This document shows positions 49,326 to 63,159 of a stretch of DNA of 64,000 nucleotides, in pieces. The notes beneath the pieces are model-generated. The model had not been told where the DNA came from. It made no database searches and was given only the letters and a program-made list of their open reading frames with translations. Location of the stretch: contig NIVC01000031.1 in NCBI GenBank assembly GCA_002269645.1, positions 496,001 to 560,000 of the forward strand. Direction: 5' to 3'. Each line of letters begins with the position of its first letter. Position 1 is the first letter of the stretch. The position numbers were made by a program, and so were the translations under genes. Source of the stretch: Macrostomum lignano. Its lineage: Eukaryota.

Positions 49326-50823
49326 CAAGCCAAACGGTGTCTGTATACGAGCTATTTACGAGAACTCGTATTTTTGAGAACTCTTGAGAAAGCACTGGAT
49401 TAGTCAGTCCAAAAAATCAGTCCAAAAATCAAATACAAAAATCAATGCCGGAAAAAAGCGCCGAACCGGTGGCTGAAAATGTGAAAAATTCTCGGCAACA
49501 AAAAATCTGGAGTCGGCATTGAGCAGTTTGAGCAGATTAGGGAAATTGTGATTGGCTCTGTGCCAGAGTTTGATCAGCTTAAAACTGAAATAGCACTCGA
49601 GTCAGCACAAAAAAGTCTCATTGATTGAAAGGAGCAACCGGTTAAACAAACCCGGAAGTCAAAAAAAAATTTTTTTTCGAATCGCAACTAAATAAACAAA
49701 ACTGTACTAGAATAATTAACCTAAGCAGCGGATAGCAGCAGGAAAATCGATAGACAAAACGATACTAACTCAAAATCTAAGCCGTTCGAATAAAGAAAGC
49801 AGTCGGACAAACAAAAGATGTGGTTAAACAAAAAGTGTAATTATGCTTTGTCGCGCACTTTTGCAGTACGAGTGCACCCGTCCTCCAAACTGTCTGAGCC
49901 TACCAAGCGTCCCATTTTTTCGCTGTTTACGCGAGTCAACCCCTTGTGTGTGTCTCAGACAGCTGGCTTAAACCACTTTTCTTTATTGCTGCTTACTTGT
50001 TTTGTAGCTGCTTTTGGGTGGTTGGTTGGGGTTGGGGTGCGGCTGGCGGCGGCTTTTTTAAGTACGCTCGTAGACCCCCAACCGTATTACGCGGCACTGG
50101 CTTGGTGTTTTGTGTTTGCCGCGTTGCTGATTGGCTGCGGCCAGTTTTGCCCTTTGTTGTTATCGTGTCTGTGATGGGCTGGTCTGGGCGACCATTCGGC
50201 TGGGTCGCTGGTGGGGAGCTAGGTTGGAGGGTTTGTGGCCTTCCCCCTCCGTAGGCAGTGGCTTTAGCGGCTCCCTCTTGATGTGCCTCTCTCGATCGCT
50301 TCTCTCTCCCTGCCTCCCCGCTCTGCGCACAAGACAGTCCCTTACTTCCAGATCCGCTACGGTTTGTGAAGCAAATAAACCCTCAGTTCACGTCAGCCTC
50401 TACAGCTAACCAAGTAATTCCGTCATTCGGTTGGCAGAAGAAATTGATAGTCCGAGTGACCTAACGCCGTCCTAAGTTAGACATATCGATACTGGATTGC
50501 GTCATCTGTACGCGAGCCAGAGCGTTCCGATCACCGCTTCCCGACGCGTGGGAAGGTATCATGGGTGCGTCCCGACGCTTTAGACGCTGGGAAATTGTAA
50601 GCACTCCTTGGCGACCCGTGCGAGTGTACTAGTAGTGTACCCTGTGTCCGCTACAGATCCCGTAGGCTAGGAATTCAGGGATACAAAAATTAGATAAACA
50701 AAAAGAGCAATCAGATAAGCAAGGGCATTAGATAAAGAAAAAGGGACAACTAATTATCAAATTAATTATCTAATTCAATAATTAACAGGCAACTTTCGGT
50801 GTCAGCAAGCGAAAAAGACCGCT

Positions 50824-51351
50824 TCAAGAGTCGTTCCGCTCTCTCACAGCCCGTCGCTCGCGCAGTCGCGATGAGACTCTCAGGAAGCTGTGCCCCAGCA
50901 GCTCCGCGGTGTCCGCTCGCTTCCTCGGGTCATAGTCTACGCACCTGAGGTAGAAGTCCTTCAGGTCGGCTGAGAACCCGTCCGAAATCCGAGGCATCGC
51001 CCGCCCTCCGCACCTCACGACGCCGATCCGGAACTGCTGAACGTTTGCGTCAGGAGGCTGCATGGTCGTCAGCTCATAAACGGTGCAGCCGAAGGCCCAC
51101 ATGTCGGTCTTGGCTGAGTACAAAATCGAGTCGCCCTCGCCCATGAACAGCTCGGGAGCCATGAAGTAGGAGGTGCCTTTAGGATCGACGCCTGTGCTCA
51201 GGCCGCAAGTGCCGACGATCTCCTTAGCGAGGCCGAAGTCGATCAGCTTGATGACTCCCTCGTCGGTGAGCATTATATTTCCGCTTTTGATGTCGCGGTG
51301 CAAGATGGCGCCCTGCGGCTGACAATGCAGAAAGTTCAGGCCTGAGCAGAT
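50824..51351 (-). CDS. ANK-kinase copy 3, last exon (kinase C-lobe)
   Basis: Acceptor attgcag at 51352; [26 protein letters not shown]; 528 nt, in frame. Confidence 0.92.
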   Translation of the reverse strand: MCSGLNFLHCQPQGAILHRDIKSGNIMLTDEGVIKLIDFGLAKEIVGTCGLSTGVDPKGTSYFMAPELFMGEGDSILYSAKTDMWAFGCTVYELTTMQPPDANVQQFRIGVVRCGGRAMPRISDGFSADLKDFYLRCVDYDPRKRADTAELLGHSFLRVSSRLRERRAVRERNDS

Positions 51352-51479
51352 CTGCAATTGGAGCAGCTTTAGCCTGTCTAAAAATGCATGTATCTATACT
51401 GATCTCCCACTGATCCCACACTGATGCCATGCCTGATCCCACACTGATCCCACCCATGCCAGAGAACCTAGAGACGCAC

Positions 51480-51864
51480 CTGCCTGGAGAAGTCCCTGAC
51501 CTCGGATTCCTCGAACGGCTTGTTTTGACGCTGCATCAGCTCAAAGAGGCTGTGACCCGAGATCAGCTCGGTGAAGATGTACAGCCCATCGGACTTCTGC
51601 TCGCACTTGAGGAACTGCACAATGTTGGGATGCGAGAGTCGCTTGAGGATCTCAACTCCCCGCTTCTCCATCTCGACGGCTTTCTGCAGCTTCCCCGATT
51701 GTCCGGTGTCCCTCAGGGGCAGCACCTTGACAGCCACCGTCTGGTTGCGGTCTGTGAGGGCTTTGTACACCTTGCCGAATCCACCACGACCGATGAGCTG
51801 CTTTTTGTCGTCCTGCAGGACGAAGTCCCAGTCGGTGAAGTTGGGGTCCAGCTGCTTCTTGGCG
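51480..51864 (-). CDS. ANK-kinase copy 3, kinase N-lobe exon
   Basis: Acceptor ttttcag at 51865; LIGRGGFGKVYK, VAVK; donor CAG|GTGCGT; 385 nt. Confidence 0.92.
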
Positions 51865-51922
51865 CTGAAAACATGAGGTCAAGGAATTCGATAAATTTGA
51901 GTTTGCTTGGGCTAATGTACCG

Positions 51923-53030
51923 CCTCTTCGTCAGGAGAGGCGGCTATAACGACGCGGCGTCTACTTGATGCCGGTGTCAAATTCCTTTACATGAGGGCAC
52001 CTGCTAAGCGGAACCTCGTCCCGCATAGCGACCTGTGCCTTAACATTCTCAATGTGTGTCAGGCCAATCGCTTCTTTACCGATGGCATTGCTTCAACGCT
52101 CAACCTGAGACAACGCTACTCCGTAGCTAACGACTCGCGCGATACCATCAATGACCACTGGAACTTTGCTACACCGACGGTTCTAAGCAGTCAGCCAACA
52201 CCGGCTTTGGTGTTGGAATCTTCCTGAACGGGAGGGTCGTCGCTACCCACGCTCAGTACACTGGGGTCATCTCCAGTGTCTTCCAAAATGAAGTTCTCGC
52301 CATTAGCTCCTGCACTGCAGAGCTTCTCGCCACTGGCGTAACCGGTAAGAACTCATTTTCCATTCGGACAGCCAAGCTGCCTTGCACGCCATCAGTGGCT
52401 GCAGCACCTCTCGGTCCCCGAACCCCTTGTCCCGATTCCCGGCTGTGTCATCGACTCGCGCATCAAAGCGTGGATCAGGACTCAGCACCGCTCGACTTGG
52501 GCGAACCGCACGAACTGCAGGCAATCCAGAGGCGCTGTCCCTCAGCCCTCTCACCAGCTCCGGAAGCTCCTCTTGCGCCTCTCGCGCAGAGACATCCGGG
52601 CTGCCACCATGACCCTCTCAGGGCACGGCTGATTTTCCAGGCACCAGTACCTACAGGGCAACGCCACTAACGCCATCCGCAGTTTTTGTAACTCAGGTGA
52701 CGAAACCGCTGAGCATTTCGTCAGCATCTGTCCCGCCTTTACGCGGGCCAGACTCACTTACCTCGGGCCACACACATCTATTACTGAAGCGTGCAAACCC
52801 GAAAACCTTAATCAGCTCATGCGCTACCTCCGGGCCACCCGCAGGGCTGAACTCTCCTTTTCAGAGAGCATTTTAGCTGCTGGCGACACTGGGGGACCTC
52901 CCTGGGCGGCGCCAACCCTTCGTCCATAGCGACGCGTCGGCCGTTCAGGGATTTGTGGAATGGGCGTTCGCACCTTCCTGCTGTGTCCCCCCCCGGGACA
53001 GCCCTGCAGCTAAGTCAAAAAGAAGTCAAG
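51923..53030 (+). mobile_element. 5'-truncated, internally deleted copy of the 23557-28289 LINE family in intron 2 of copy 3
   Basis: High similarity to ~27030-28289, with ~150 bp of RNase H missing near 52410; tail TAAGTCAAAAAGAAGTCAAG; no clean TSD found. Confidence 0.92.
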
Positions 53031-53082
53031 AGCTACTTGGTGGGGCTATCTGAGTACTTTGGAGTCACTCAGCCTTCTGCGT

Positions 53083-53602
53083 TATCACCCTTCTGCGTCA
53101 CCACCCTTCTGCGTTATCACACTTCTGCGTCACCACCCTTCTGCGTCGCCACCCTTCTGCGTCACCACCCTTCTGCGTTATCACACTTCTGCGTCACCAC
53201 CCTTCTGCGTCGCCACCCTTCTGCGTCACCACCCTTCTGCGTCGCCACCCTTCTGCGTCACCACCCTTCTGCGTCACCACCTGCGTCACCACCCTTCTGC
53301 GTTATCACCCTTCTGCGTCACCACCCTTCTGCGTCACCACCCTTCTGCGTCGCCACCCTTCTGCGTCACCACCCTTCTGCGTCACCACCCTTCTGCGTCA
53401 CCACCTGCGTCACCACCCTTCTGCGTTATCACCCTTCTGCGTCACCACCCTTCTGCGTCACCACCCTTCTGCGTCGCCACCTTTCTGCGTCACCACCCTT
53501 CTGCGTCACCAGCCTTCTGCGTTATCACACTTCTGCATCACCACCCTTCTGCGTCGTTACCCTTCTGCGTCACCACCGTTCTGCGTCACTACCCTTCTGC
53601 GT
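53083..53602. repeat. 16-bp intronic minisatellite (GTCACCACCCTTCTGC)n, ~32 copies
   Basis: Visible periodicity. Confidence 0.95.
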
Positions 53603-53632
53603 AACCAACTGTTATTTCGAACGCGGATTCAC

Positions 53633-53767
53633 CCAGTCTCAGGCTGTCTGCCCTCGGATGCAGAAGTCGGTCCAGCTGCTGACCTGACGCAATCTTGTGC
53701 TCGAACCTCATAATCGCACTGCTCATATGCGTCCGATGAGGTAGGCCGGGAACGCAGAGCTGCAGAG
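53633..53767 (-). CDS. ANK-kinase copy 3, 135-nt linker exon (SAALRSRPTSSDAYEQ..EGRQPETG)
   Basis: cccccacag acceptor, GG|GTGAAT donor, phase 2 to 2; both ends are homologous to the copy 2 linker exon. Confidence 0.75.
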
Positions 53768-54499
53768 CTGTGGGGGCGAATAAGGGAGGCAGCTGCTGAC
53801 TGCCCCAAAATATCAGATACCAAAGCCCCGAGAGGTAAACCATTTCAAAGGAAAATTTCTTCCCAAGTAAAACACCTGTAGCTCTGAGATCAGCCATCAG
53901 ATTCGAAACCCTCCCATTGCGGCAGCTGCTTGAGCTCTCACGCAACAGAATGACAGGCCAGCAGGACTTCAAAATGCTTCACCGATTTTCTGAACTCCCA
54001 GTGAGTTTTCAGAGCTTCAGAACTGAGAGAATGCGAATGACAGGGTATCGAGTTTCACAGTGCCACTTCCTGCTTTGCTAGCTTTTGGATTACAGGTAGC
54101 CAATATAAATTAAGTGCCAACAACCCAGAATATTCAAGTAGCTTCCTCGAAGAGGTTCCAACCCGTTACACATAAAAGGGTTGGCATGATGGCACTTGAA
54201 CTGGTTACAGAAGCTCCTGTAGATTGAACTCTGGATGGTGGCTCTATATGGAGATTGGGGGCGCCATGAGGATTTACTCTGTAAAACAACTTGGCTTTAC
54301 CATTGCACTAGCTGAAAACCCTTACATAAAAAACTGTTACTGAGTCGACTTCTAAATTTGACAGCAATATTTTATTGATAGAGAGAAGGGACAAAACGCA
54401 AAGTACGATCGAACTTACGCTACGACAGCTTTATAGTACCACCCCATTGAATTTTCGCAAAAAAGCTTTTCAATACTTTATTTGTCAGTCAGGACTCAC

Positions 54500-55656
54500 C
54501 CAGCTGAGGCGGCAGTCGGCCCTGAGCTACCAGCGGGAGGAAGAAAGGCTTCGAGCCGTTGAGTAGAGGAAATCCAGGCCCGCTTTGCTGACTGGTCTGT
54601 GCGGCACCGATCACTCTCAACAACATCAGCCGGGGTTTTCCCCTTGTTGTTCTTCAAACTGAACATTTCGGCTCCGATTTGGTCAAAAATGAACTGAAGA
54701 GAGTCGACTGGCTGATGCTTAGCGGCCAAATGGACGGCCGTGTCACCGTCTTTGTCAGGAACTGTGAGACAGTCGCTGCCGAGCTCCTCCACCAGCCACT
54801 TCAGATTTGAATTGTCAGACTTCTGAGCAGCAAAGTGAAATGCTGTTCTATCACTCTTTGTCTTCAGCCGAAAGCAGTCAGTTCCGATCTGACTCTTGAT
54901 CAACTCCAGCGACTCGGTGCCCTGATGCTGAGCGGCCAAATGGACGGCCGTGTCACCGTGTTTGTCAGAAACTGTGAGACAGTCGCTGCCGAGCTCCTTC
55001 ACCAGCCACTTCAGATTTGAATTGTCAGACTTCTGAGCAGCAAAGTGAAATGCTGTTCTATTCCACAGTCCTCCTTTCAGCCGAAACCATTCAGTTCCAA
55101 TTCGTCTCTTGATCAATTCCAGAGACTCGATGCCCTGATACAAAGCCGCCAAATGGACAACTGTGGTACCATTTTCGTCAGGAACTGTGAGACAGTCGCT
55201 GCCGAGCTCCTTCACCAGCCACTTTAGACAAGAGTTGCTTTTTCTGTTCATAGCGGCAAAGTGAGCGACTGTCTGTTTGCAAAAACCGACAATTGTCAAG
55301 CAGTCGCTGCCTCCCTTCTCTTTAACGAGCTTCATCCAAGATTCATCCTGATGCTGGGCAGCCAAGTGTATTGGAGTCTCACCGACATCCCAAAAACTGC
55401 TATCATTTTTGTTTTTCAGACAGTCGGGTCCGAATCTGTCAATCAGCAGCTCCAGGCACGACAATCTCACCGGCTTGCAGGCCACGTGATGGACCAGCGG
55501 CATTTTAAGAAGTTCTTTCAAGGGAAATTCTTGCTTTTCGAACCCGCCCACTTCCAGCTCGATGTTGCTGCCGATCTCACCGCACATTCGCTGCAGCTCC
55601 TCGCTGTCTCCAGCCTCCAGCGCCGCTCTCAGCTTCCGCTCCATCTGTGTTGCCAT
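54500..55656 (-). CDS. ANK-kinase copy 3, ankyrin-repeat exon
   Basis: Likely start GCCATGG at 55656 (MATQMERK); donor GG|GTGAGT at 54499. Confidence 0.9.
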
Positions 55657-58229
55657 GGCTACACTGCTTCTCCTAGCAGCGCTTCTCTGCCGATCTGCTG
55701 TCTGCCGCAGCTGTTCCACACGGCTTCAAACTGAGTGCTTTGCTCTTCTTCAAGCTAATTCGCCTGCCAGCTCAGCAGCAGCAGCAAAAGTCCCGTTGTC
55801 ACGGACTGAAATCTCTGAGCTCTCCCTGTGCAGAGAAATTTGTTTAAATGGACTGAGGCCGATTCTCTTCTCTGACCCAGCGGCTGTGTTTGAGGCCTGA
55901 TTGGGTGCCAGGGGGTCCGGCAGCTGCTCTGCTCAGCGGGGTGAGAGATGCAGGAGCAGTGAGATGCTGCGAGCTCTGCTGAGTTAAACAATGAGAGCTG
56001 ACTGTGGCTGCGTGCTCGGCATAGCAAGTGCATTGTCAGTGGACAGGGGTTACGGGGCGGCAGCTAAGGCGCAAGTGGAGAGAGATGGAGAGTTAAGGGA
56101 GAGCAGGGCTGAGGCTTGGATCTTGACGATTTTTAATTTACTCGTAGTTTGCGACTTCATGGCAACTGTTATGAAGAATGATGCTTACCACTGCAAGGAT
56201 TTTTCTATTGCTGAATTCAAATAGATGGACAATGGCTTGCCAGCTACACTTTAGATAAGTATCTAACAGGTGACAGCAGTATCTAAACAGGGGACATCAG
56301 TGTAGTGTGAGCATCTTATTCGTATTGCTATTACCAGTCAACCCCACTACCGGCTTGAGGTCATGGGGTTTAAATTGGCTAAAAATAAAACTGCAGCGAT
56401 GACAGTCAGATCTCACTTCTCTCCGCTTCTCTTTCTTACTTCCTCCAATCCACCCTACAACTAGGTTACATGCATTCTGCCCCCCTCCCCAACCTCTTGG
56501 TTCATTTGTTGCTTCCCTGCTCGACCTTTAGCCTTGCCGGCGCAACACGTACATGTACGTTTAGGGCGGTTTGTCTGAGTATCATTGCCGGTCATTGCGG
56601 TCTAGCTATAGGTGCTGACGGATTGACACAGTCATTAGGCCAGTTAGGGGGAGACTTCTCCGTATAGTCGAATCTTATCATTCAAAAATTTATCTTATTT
56701 TATCATCTACTGCTGCGTTCCTCATTATCGTCATGAAGATGTGATTGCAAAGTCGTGGCTTAAATTAATAACAGTTAATTTAAGAGTTCAATACATGTGA
56801 AGAGTTCAATTTCAGATTAAAGAGTCAGAGCTGTATACAAATTCGAAGCCTAGCTATCGTCTGTTATCCCTGCCATCAGTGTCACAAACACGTAGCAGAA
56901 TAGGACACGTTTTTTTCGGCTTCAGAAGCGGTCAATACATGTTTTGTGTACGAAAATGTATTAGTAAGATGTATCACCCGTGACACAACGTAAGGCTCAA
57001 AAATACCTCTTCACAAGAGCCTTAACCTTTTTTTTAGCCTTTTCCTTGAGAGCATTTTCCTTAAAGGCAGATAATACCCGTCGATAGGTATTTGTACCCA
57101 TATTTTTATGCATTTTAAGGCTTCCGTGTACTCGCGTGTAGAAGTTGTCACGGGTGATGTTGGTAAACTGTATAATTCAAATTCCATTCTAGCTAGCTAT
57201 TAAAATAATTAGCCTGCGTCAGGATTAGCAAAAATTTAAAGGGCTAGTGACCAATGTAGCTAGTTCTAGTCTAGGAAGTTGCGCATCTTACCTAGCTATC
57301 TTATTCTTGGTCTAATCGGCTAGGCCTATGCTATGCTGTTCGACCTAAATATTAAATTTTACTACTATTGCCATTTTGTTACAGATTTATTTAGGACCTA
57401 CTGTTCTACCAATGTCAATGGCAATAGATTAAATTTAAAACTACCTAGGCAGCTAGGCCTAGTAATTTTGCATTTAGTAATACAAAGCCTACTGTTTCAC
57501 TGATTATTTTCTTCTATTGACTAGTAGCCCTAAATCTAAAATATTTTCTTTTCTTTTGTGTTATAAGGCCTAGCCTTTACCTTTATGTTATATTATTAAA
57601 ATGTTCTTTTGACTTAATAATAGTATTAATAAGCATCTTTTTTCTTTCTTGGATGTAAAGTTAATTTGGTCCTTCTTTGATTTAATTTAATTAGCTTATA
57701 TTTTATACAATTTACTAAGGCTATAGGAATGGAAGTATTATAATATTTATATTAATTTTTTCTAACAAATATTATAAATTCTGTTTTATAAGCATCAAAA
57801 ATGGAAATATAAAACAAGATAATATAGAGCACATTCTATATTGAAATATTATGCACATTTTTTAAATATTTTGATGCATAAGATTTCTCCACAAAATTAA
57901 AAAATATTTTAGAAATTAGATTATAAACTTAAAGCCATAAACCATAGACTAGCAACTAGTTATTTACTACCATTATAAAGTAAGTCATGATATCTATCTA
58001 GTAGTCATGACCTTTTCTTCCTCTCTAACCTCTATCTATATCCTGTTCTTCTTTCTAGACCTATTTTCTTTTTGAAAAATTTACCTCCTCTTCCTTCCAA
58101 TATTACTCTTTTCTTTATTTTAGCCCCATCATGTCTTCCCCTTGAATCCTTATTCTCTCCTCTTCACTACATACCTTCTCTTTTCTAGTTCTTACTTTCC
58201 TCATTTCTAGCCCTTACTCTCTTCTCCTC

Positions 58230-59880
58230 TCCAGCCTAACCCTCCTAGCCTCACCTCTTCCTCCAGCCCCACCTAAACCTCTTTGAACCTCTAGCCCCAT
58301 CTTTTTTTCTTTCCAGCCCTATCCTCCTCCACTCTAGTCTCATCCTACCTTCCAGTCTTATCCTTCTTTCTAGCCTCACCCTCCTCCCTTTCAAGCCCTA
58401 CCCTCCTTCCCTGCACCACCACCCTCCTTCTCTCCAGCCCTACCCTCCCTCCCTGCAACACTACCCTCCTTCCCTCCAGCCCTATCCTCCCTCCCTGCTA
58501 CCCTGCTTTCCTTCTAGCCCTACCTTTTCCCCCTACTACCCCGCATTCCCCTCCAGCTTCCATCTTCTATCCTCTAGCCCAACCCTTCAGCCCTATCCTT
58601 CCCTCTAACCCTACCCCCTTTCCCTCCAGCCCTACCCTCCTTCTCTGCAGCACCACCCTCCTACCCTCTAGCCCCACCCTCCTTCCCTCTAGCCCACCCT
58701 CCTTCCCTCTAGCCCACCCTCCTTCCCTCTAGCCCTACCCTCCTTCCCTCTAGCCCTACCCTCCTTTCCTCCAGCCCCACTCTCCTTCCCTCCAGCCCCA
58801 CTCTCCTTCCCTCCAGCCCCACCCTCCTTCCCTCCAGCCCGACTCTCCTTCCCTCAAGCCCTGCCCTCTTCCCCTACTGCCCCACGCTCCCCTCCAGCTT
58901 CCATCCTCTTCTACCCTCTAGCCCCACCCTCTTACCCTTCAGCCCCATCCTTCCCTCTAACCCTACCCCTTTTCCCTCCAGCCCTACCCTCCTTCCCTCC
59001 AGCCCCACTCTCCTTCCCTCCATCCCCACCCTCCTTCCCTCTAGCCCTGCCCTCCTCCTCGACTTTCCACCCTCCCTTCCAGCTTCCACCCTCTCCTCCC
59101 TCCAGGACCCACCCTCCCTCCTTCTAGCCCTACCCTCCTTCCCTCCAGCCCCACTCGCCTTCCCTCTAGCCCACCCTCCTTCCCTCTAGCCCTACCCTCC
59201 TTCCCTCCAGCCCCACTCTCCTTCCCTCCAGCCCCACCCTCCTTCCCTCCAGCCCGACACTCCTTCCCTCCAGCCCCACTCTCCTTCCCTCAAGCCCCGC
59301 CCTCTTCCTCTACTGCCCCACGCTCCCCTCCAGCTTCCATCCTCTTCCACCCTCTAGCCCCACCCTCTTACCCTTCCACCCCATCCTTCCCTCTAACCCT
59401 ACCCCCTTTCCCTCCAGCCCCACTCGCCTTAGCTCCAGCCCCACCCTCCCTCCCTCTAGCCCTACCCTCCTTCCCTCCAGCCACACCCTCCTTCCCTCCA
59501 GCCCTGCTCTCCTTTCCTCTAGCCCCACTCTCCTTCCCTCCAGCCCCACTCTCCTTCCCTCCAGCCCCACCCTCCTTCCCTCCAGCCCGACTCTCCTTCC
59601 CTCAAGCCCCGCCCTCTTCCCCTACTGCCCCACGCTCCCCTCCAGCTTCCATCCTCTTCTACCCTCTAGCCCCACCCTCTTACCCTTTAGCCCCATCCTT
59701 CCTTCCAGCACCACCGCCTTCTTTCCCCAACCCCAACCTCTCCTCCCCTCGAGTGCTCAGCCTCTCCTCCCCTCAAGTGCTCAGCCTCTCCTCCCCTCCA
59801 GCCTCACCCTCTCCTCCCCAGCATGAACATCTTCGCCCCTACTGGCCCACCCTTCGCCCCTGCAGTCCCCACCCTATTCT
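58230..59880. repeat. Degenerate C/T-rich ~21-bp minisatellite (CCCTCCTTCCCTCCAGCCCCA-like) with longer internal duplications
   Basis: Directly visible; explains ORFs 58874-59570. Confidence 0.9.
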
Positions 59881-60074
59881 CCTTTTCAGCCTCACCCTTT
59901 TTTCGTAGCTTTGTTAATTAAATTTAATTATCCGTTTTAGAAGTAAAAACGAATATTTCTCCTTCCTCTCTTCTGAATCTCCTCGATGGGGAGAAAAAGA
60001 TAAGGCCAAGGCAAAACCTAACAATAGCAAACCAAGCAATGGAGACAATGCTACGGAGGGCCCTGCCAACAGGA

Positions 60075-60590
60075 TGAGTACGGCTTTCTACTTCCTACCG
60101 AACAAACAGCCGCCAATCGGAGAAGCGGCTGTCACTCCTGGGTTACGCCGACGACCTGGCGCTGCCCGCCTCTACGGCTGAGGGAGCCCCAGCGCATGCT
60201 AGACAGCCTGGTGGCAGCTGCGGCATCGGTCGGGCATCAACACCGAGAAGACGAGGTGATGACTGTACCCGCGGAGCTGCCTATCAAAATCACCTGCTGG
60301 GACGCCCGACGGTTGTGCAGCAGCTCTACCTCGTTGCACCCTCGCTGCGACTACCCAGCGAGACCTTCCGCAGGCGAAGACTTCAGCTGGTGGGCCACAC
60401 CATCCGCGTGGAGGCCTACTGTTCTCAACCATTGAACCAGTGCAGGACGTCCTGCTGCTCACGATGCAGGGCCCCTGGCGCCGGGATTACGGCCGGGCGG
60501 GTCGCTACGCGAATTGCCTGCTGGATGACGCTGGGTGATCGGCCAGGCGCACGCTGTTGTCGCTTTCAGAGAGTTAGCACTGAAAGAACT
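60075..60590 (+). mobile_element. Deleted RTE-like LINE fragment (RT core fused to 3' end)
   Basis: LLGYADDLAL (TACGCCGACGAC at 60144-60155), then INTEK.EVM and SETFRRRRLQLVGHTIR. Confidence 0.8.
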
Positions 60591-61533
60591 GATCTGACAC
60601 TGCCTCCCATTGTGAACTGTTACTCTTAACTCAACCTTGCCTTGTTGTTTTCTCTTCAGAATAATTTGCCCAGCTGCAAACTGTGATGGTGCATATCTCG
60701 TACTCGCGATTAAAAAATCTTATACTTCTTACTGTTTCACTGATTTAATTCCGAACCAACCAGGAAAACAAATTTATTTTTAATTCCGTGCATTTTTCTT
60801 GTGCTTTACTTTTACTGATCGGTGTTAGTGCTATTTATTGTGTGTAATATTATCGAAAAATTCAATTTCCGATGTCATTATTTAGGAACTTCCGCTGTGC
60901 TGTATTAAAACTATATAGTACTTCCGCATGCACTGACGTAGCATTGCGCCAATAATTTTACATTGCGTGACGCAGGCGCCTAAACCAATCTTTTGTTGAA
61001 TGCTACTAGCATAATAATCCTTTGAAATACATTGTATTGCTATACTGCATTGCTTTTGATGATCTAAACGAGACTAGCTAGACTCCTCACTGATCCATAC
61101 GAGTATGCTCCTCAGTCCTCAAGCGAACTACGAGTATATGGAAACGAGAGCAGATTGAGCTAGCAGCAAACTTAGTATTTGATCTTCGGATCACGGATAG
61201 AATCAAGGAAATGTAGATCTGGCACTTACACAAAAGTCCTTGATTTAATGGAATACAGCAATTTTCAATCTGTCACTTTTTCAACTTCAACTTTTTAAAA
61301 TTTGGATTGGCGCAAGTCTCCTTTACATCGTCAAAAGCAATACTGGTTCCAATCCAAGAGAATGATTTGTTGATAACTGTATTTCACTCTTTGAGCTGAA
61401 CGCTGTGTTTGACCATTATTTTGTTGGTGTACAGCGTGCAACAGATCGCATGAATTGGTAAATTTCCTTTCATGCGTTCCTTTCATCCTATAATTCTGGT
61501 AGGGGGCGCTGCTGTTGCAAAGAGCGGCGGTGG

Positions 61534-62229
61534 ATAGCGGAGCTGTTGCAGGAGCTGCGGCAGATAGCGGAGCTGTTGCAGGAGCTGCGGCAGATAGCGG
61601 AGCTGTTGCAGGAGCTGCGGCAGATAGCGGAGCTGTTGCAGGAGCTGCGGCAGATAGCGGAGCTGTTGCAGGAGCTGCGGCAGATAGCGGAGCTGTTGCA
61701 GGAGCTGCGGCAGATAGCGGAGCTGTTGCAGGAGCTGCGGCAGATAGCGGAGCTGTTGCAGGAGCTGCGGCAGATAGCGGAGCTGTTGCAGGAGCTGCGG
61801 CAGATAGCGGAGCTGTTGCAGGAGCTGCGGCAGATAGCGGAGCTGTTGCAGGAGCTGCGGCAGATAGCGGAGCTGTTGCAGGAGCTGCGGCAGATAGCGG
61901 AGCTGTTGCAGGAGCTGCGGCAGATAGCGGAGCTGTTGCAGGAGCTGCGGCAGATAGCGGAGCTGTTGCAGGAGCTGCGGCAGATAGCGGAGCTGTTGCA
62001 GGAGCTGCGGCAGATAGCGGAGCTGTTGCAGGAGCTGCGGCAGATAGCGGAGCTGTTGCAGGAGCTGCGGCAGATAGCGGAGCTGTTGCAGGAGCTGCGG
62101 CAGATAGCGGAGCTGTTGCAGGAGCTGCGGCAGATAGCGGAGCTGTTGCAGGAGCTGCGGCAGATAGCGGAGCTGTTGCAGGAGCTGCGGCAGATAGCGG
62201 AGCTGTTACAGGAGCGGCGGCAGATAGCA
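61534..62229. repeat. 30-bp minisatellite (GCAGATAGCGGAGCTGTTGCAGGAGCTGCG)n, ~23 near-perfect copies
   Basis: Exact 30-bp register. Confidence 0.98.
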
Positions 62230-63159
62230 GATTTACTCGTATCCCAAAAATATTCGCCTTTAAAATTGCATACAGTGTTTGAAAAAATCAATTGTGGAGT
62301 TTTAGATGCTTGAATCAATTTTGCTTAAGCCAGTGGCGTTTGCCGTACATGCCGTTCAATCTTTTTGTACATAAGGCCAAGCATAATTCTCAAATGGTAG
62401 ATTTATCGCTTGGTTTCAAGTGCGTTAAGTCCTGTCACGAGTGCGCATAGCCTCCTCGCCTGTGTGGAGTTTTATTAGCCATTGATGAGGCTCCATGACC
62501 AGTAGCGCACTTGATCCAGTAATCTTTACGCACGAATTAAGGAATCTTAAAAACGAATAACCAATTAAGGAATTTATTTGCGAAGCTGTTTTCTGATTTA
62601 GACAAGCGTATAGACATTTAGAGGAATTGGAACTTACCATACTGCTAAGGAAAGGGAAAACAGCTTGTCTGCATGGAGTTCTCACAGGAAGCTGGAGTTT
62701 TACCATAAGACTATAAGAGATATACATGTAAAGAGACGAAGAGTGGGGACTAAAATTTTGAGTTGGTCCCGGAAGAAGAGGTGACGAGAAGGACGACAAG
62801 AGCTGAAAATGTCTCGAACCACTACAGATCGACTAAGGCTTTAGACTGGCATGGAGTGACGGCGCTGGTTGATGAGCACTGGCTGTCTCCGGCGATTTTT
62901 TGACGAAGATCACAGGCAAACAATTCAAATAGACTTTTGGATTACCGGAGATTGATGGAGCTGGCTAAGAAGAAGCTGTACTGGTGGAGTTGACAAGAAT
63001 ATTTGCGCTCAGTAACTCGAGAAGACCAGCTGAATTGAAGGGACAAAGCGAGAAGATCGTTCTTTATTTGGGCCTCTTTTGGAAGCTTGCTTCTGCGCAC
63101 ATACAGCCATGACCTGACCTGAAGGACCTGACAAGATGTAAGAAAGGTCTACTAGCTAC

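Noticed and set aside
51900-53060. TSD for the intronic LINE in copy 3
   Set aside because: Only a short GGGCTA match on both sides; insufficient.
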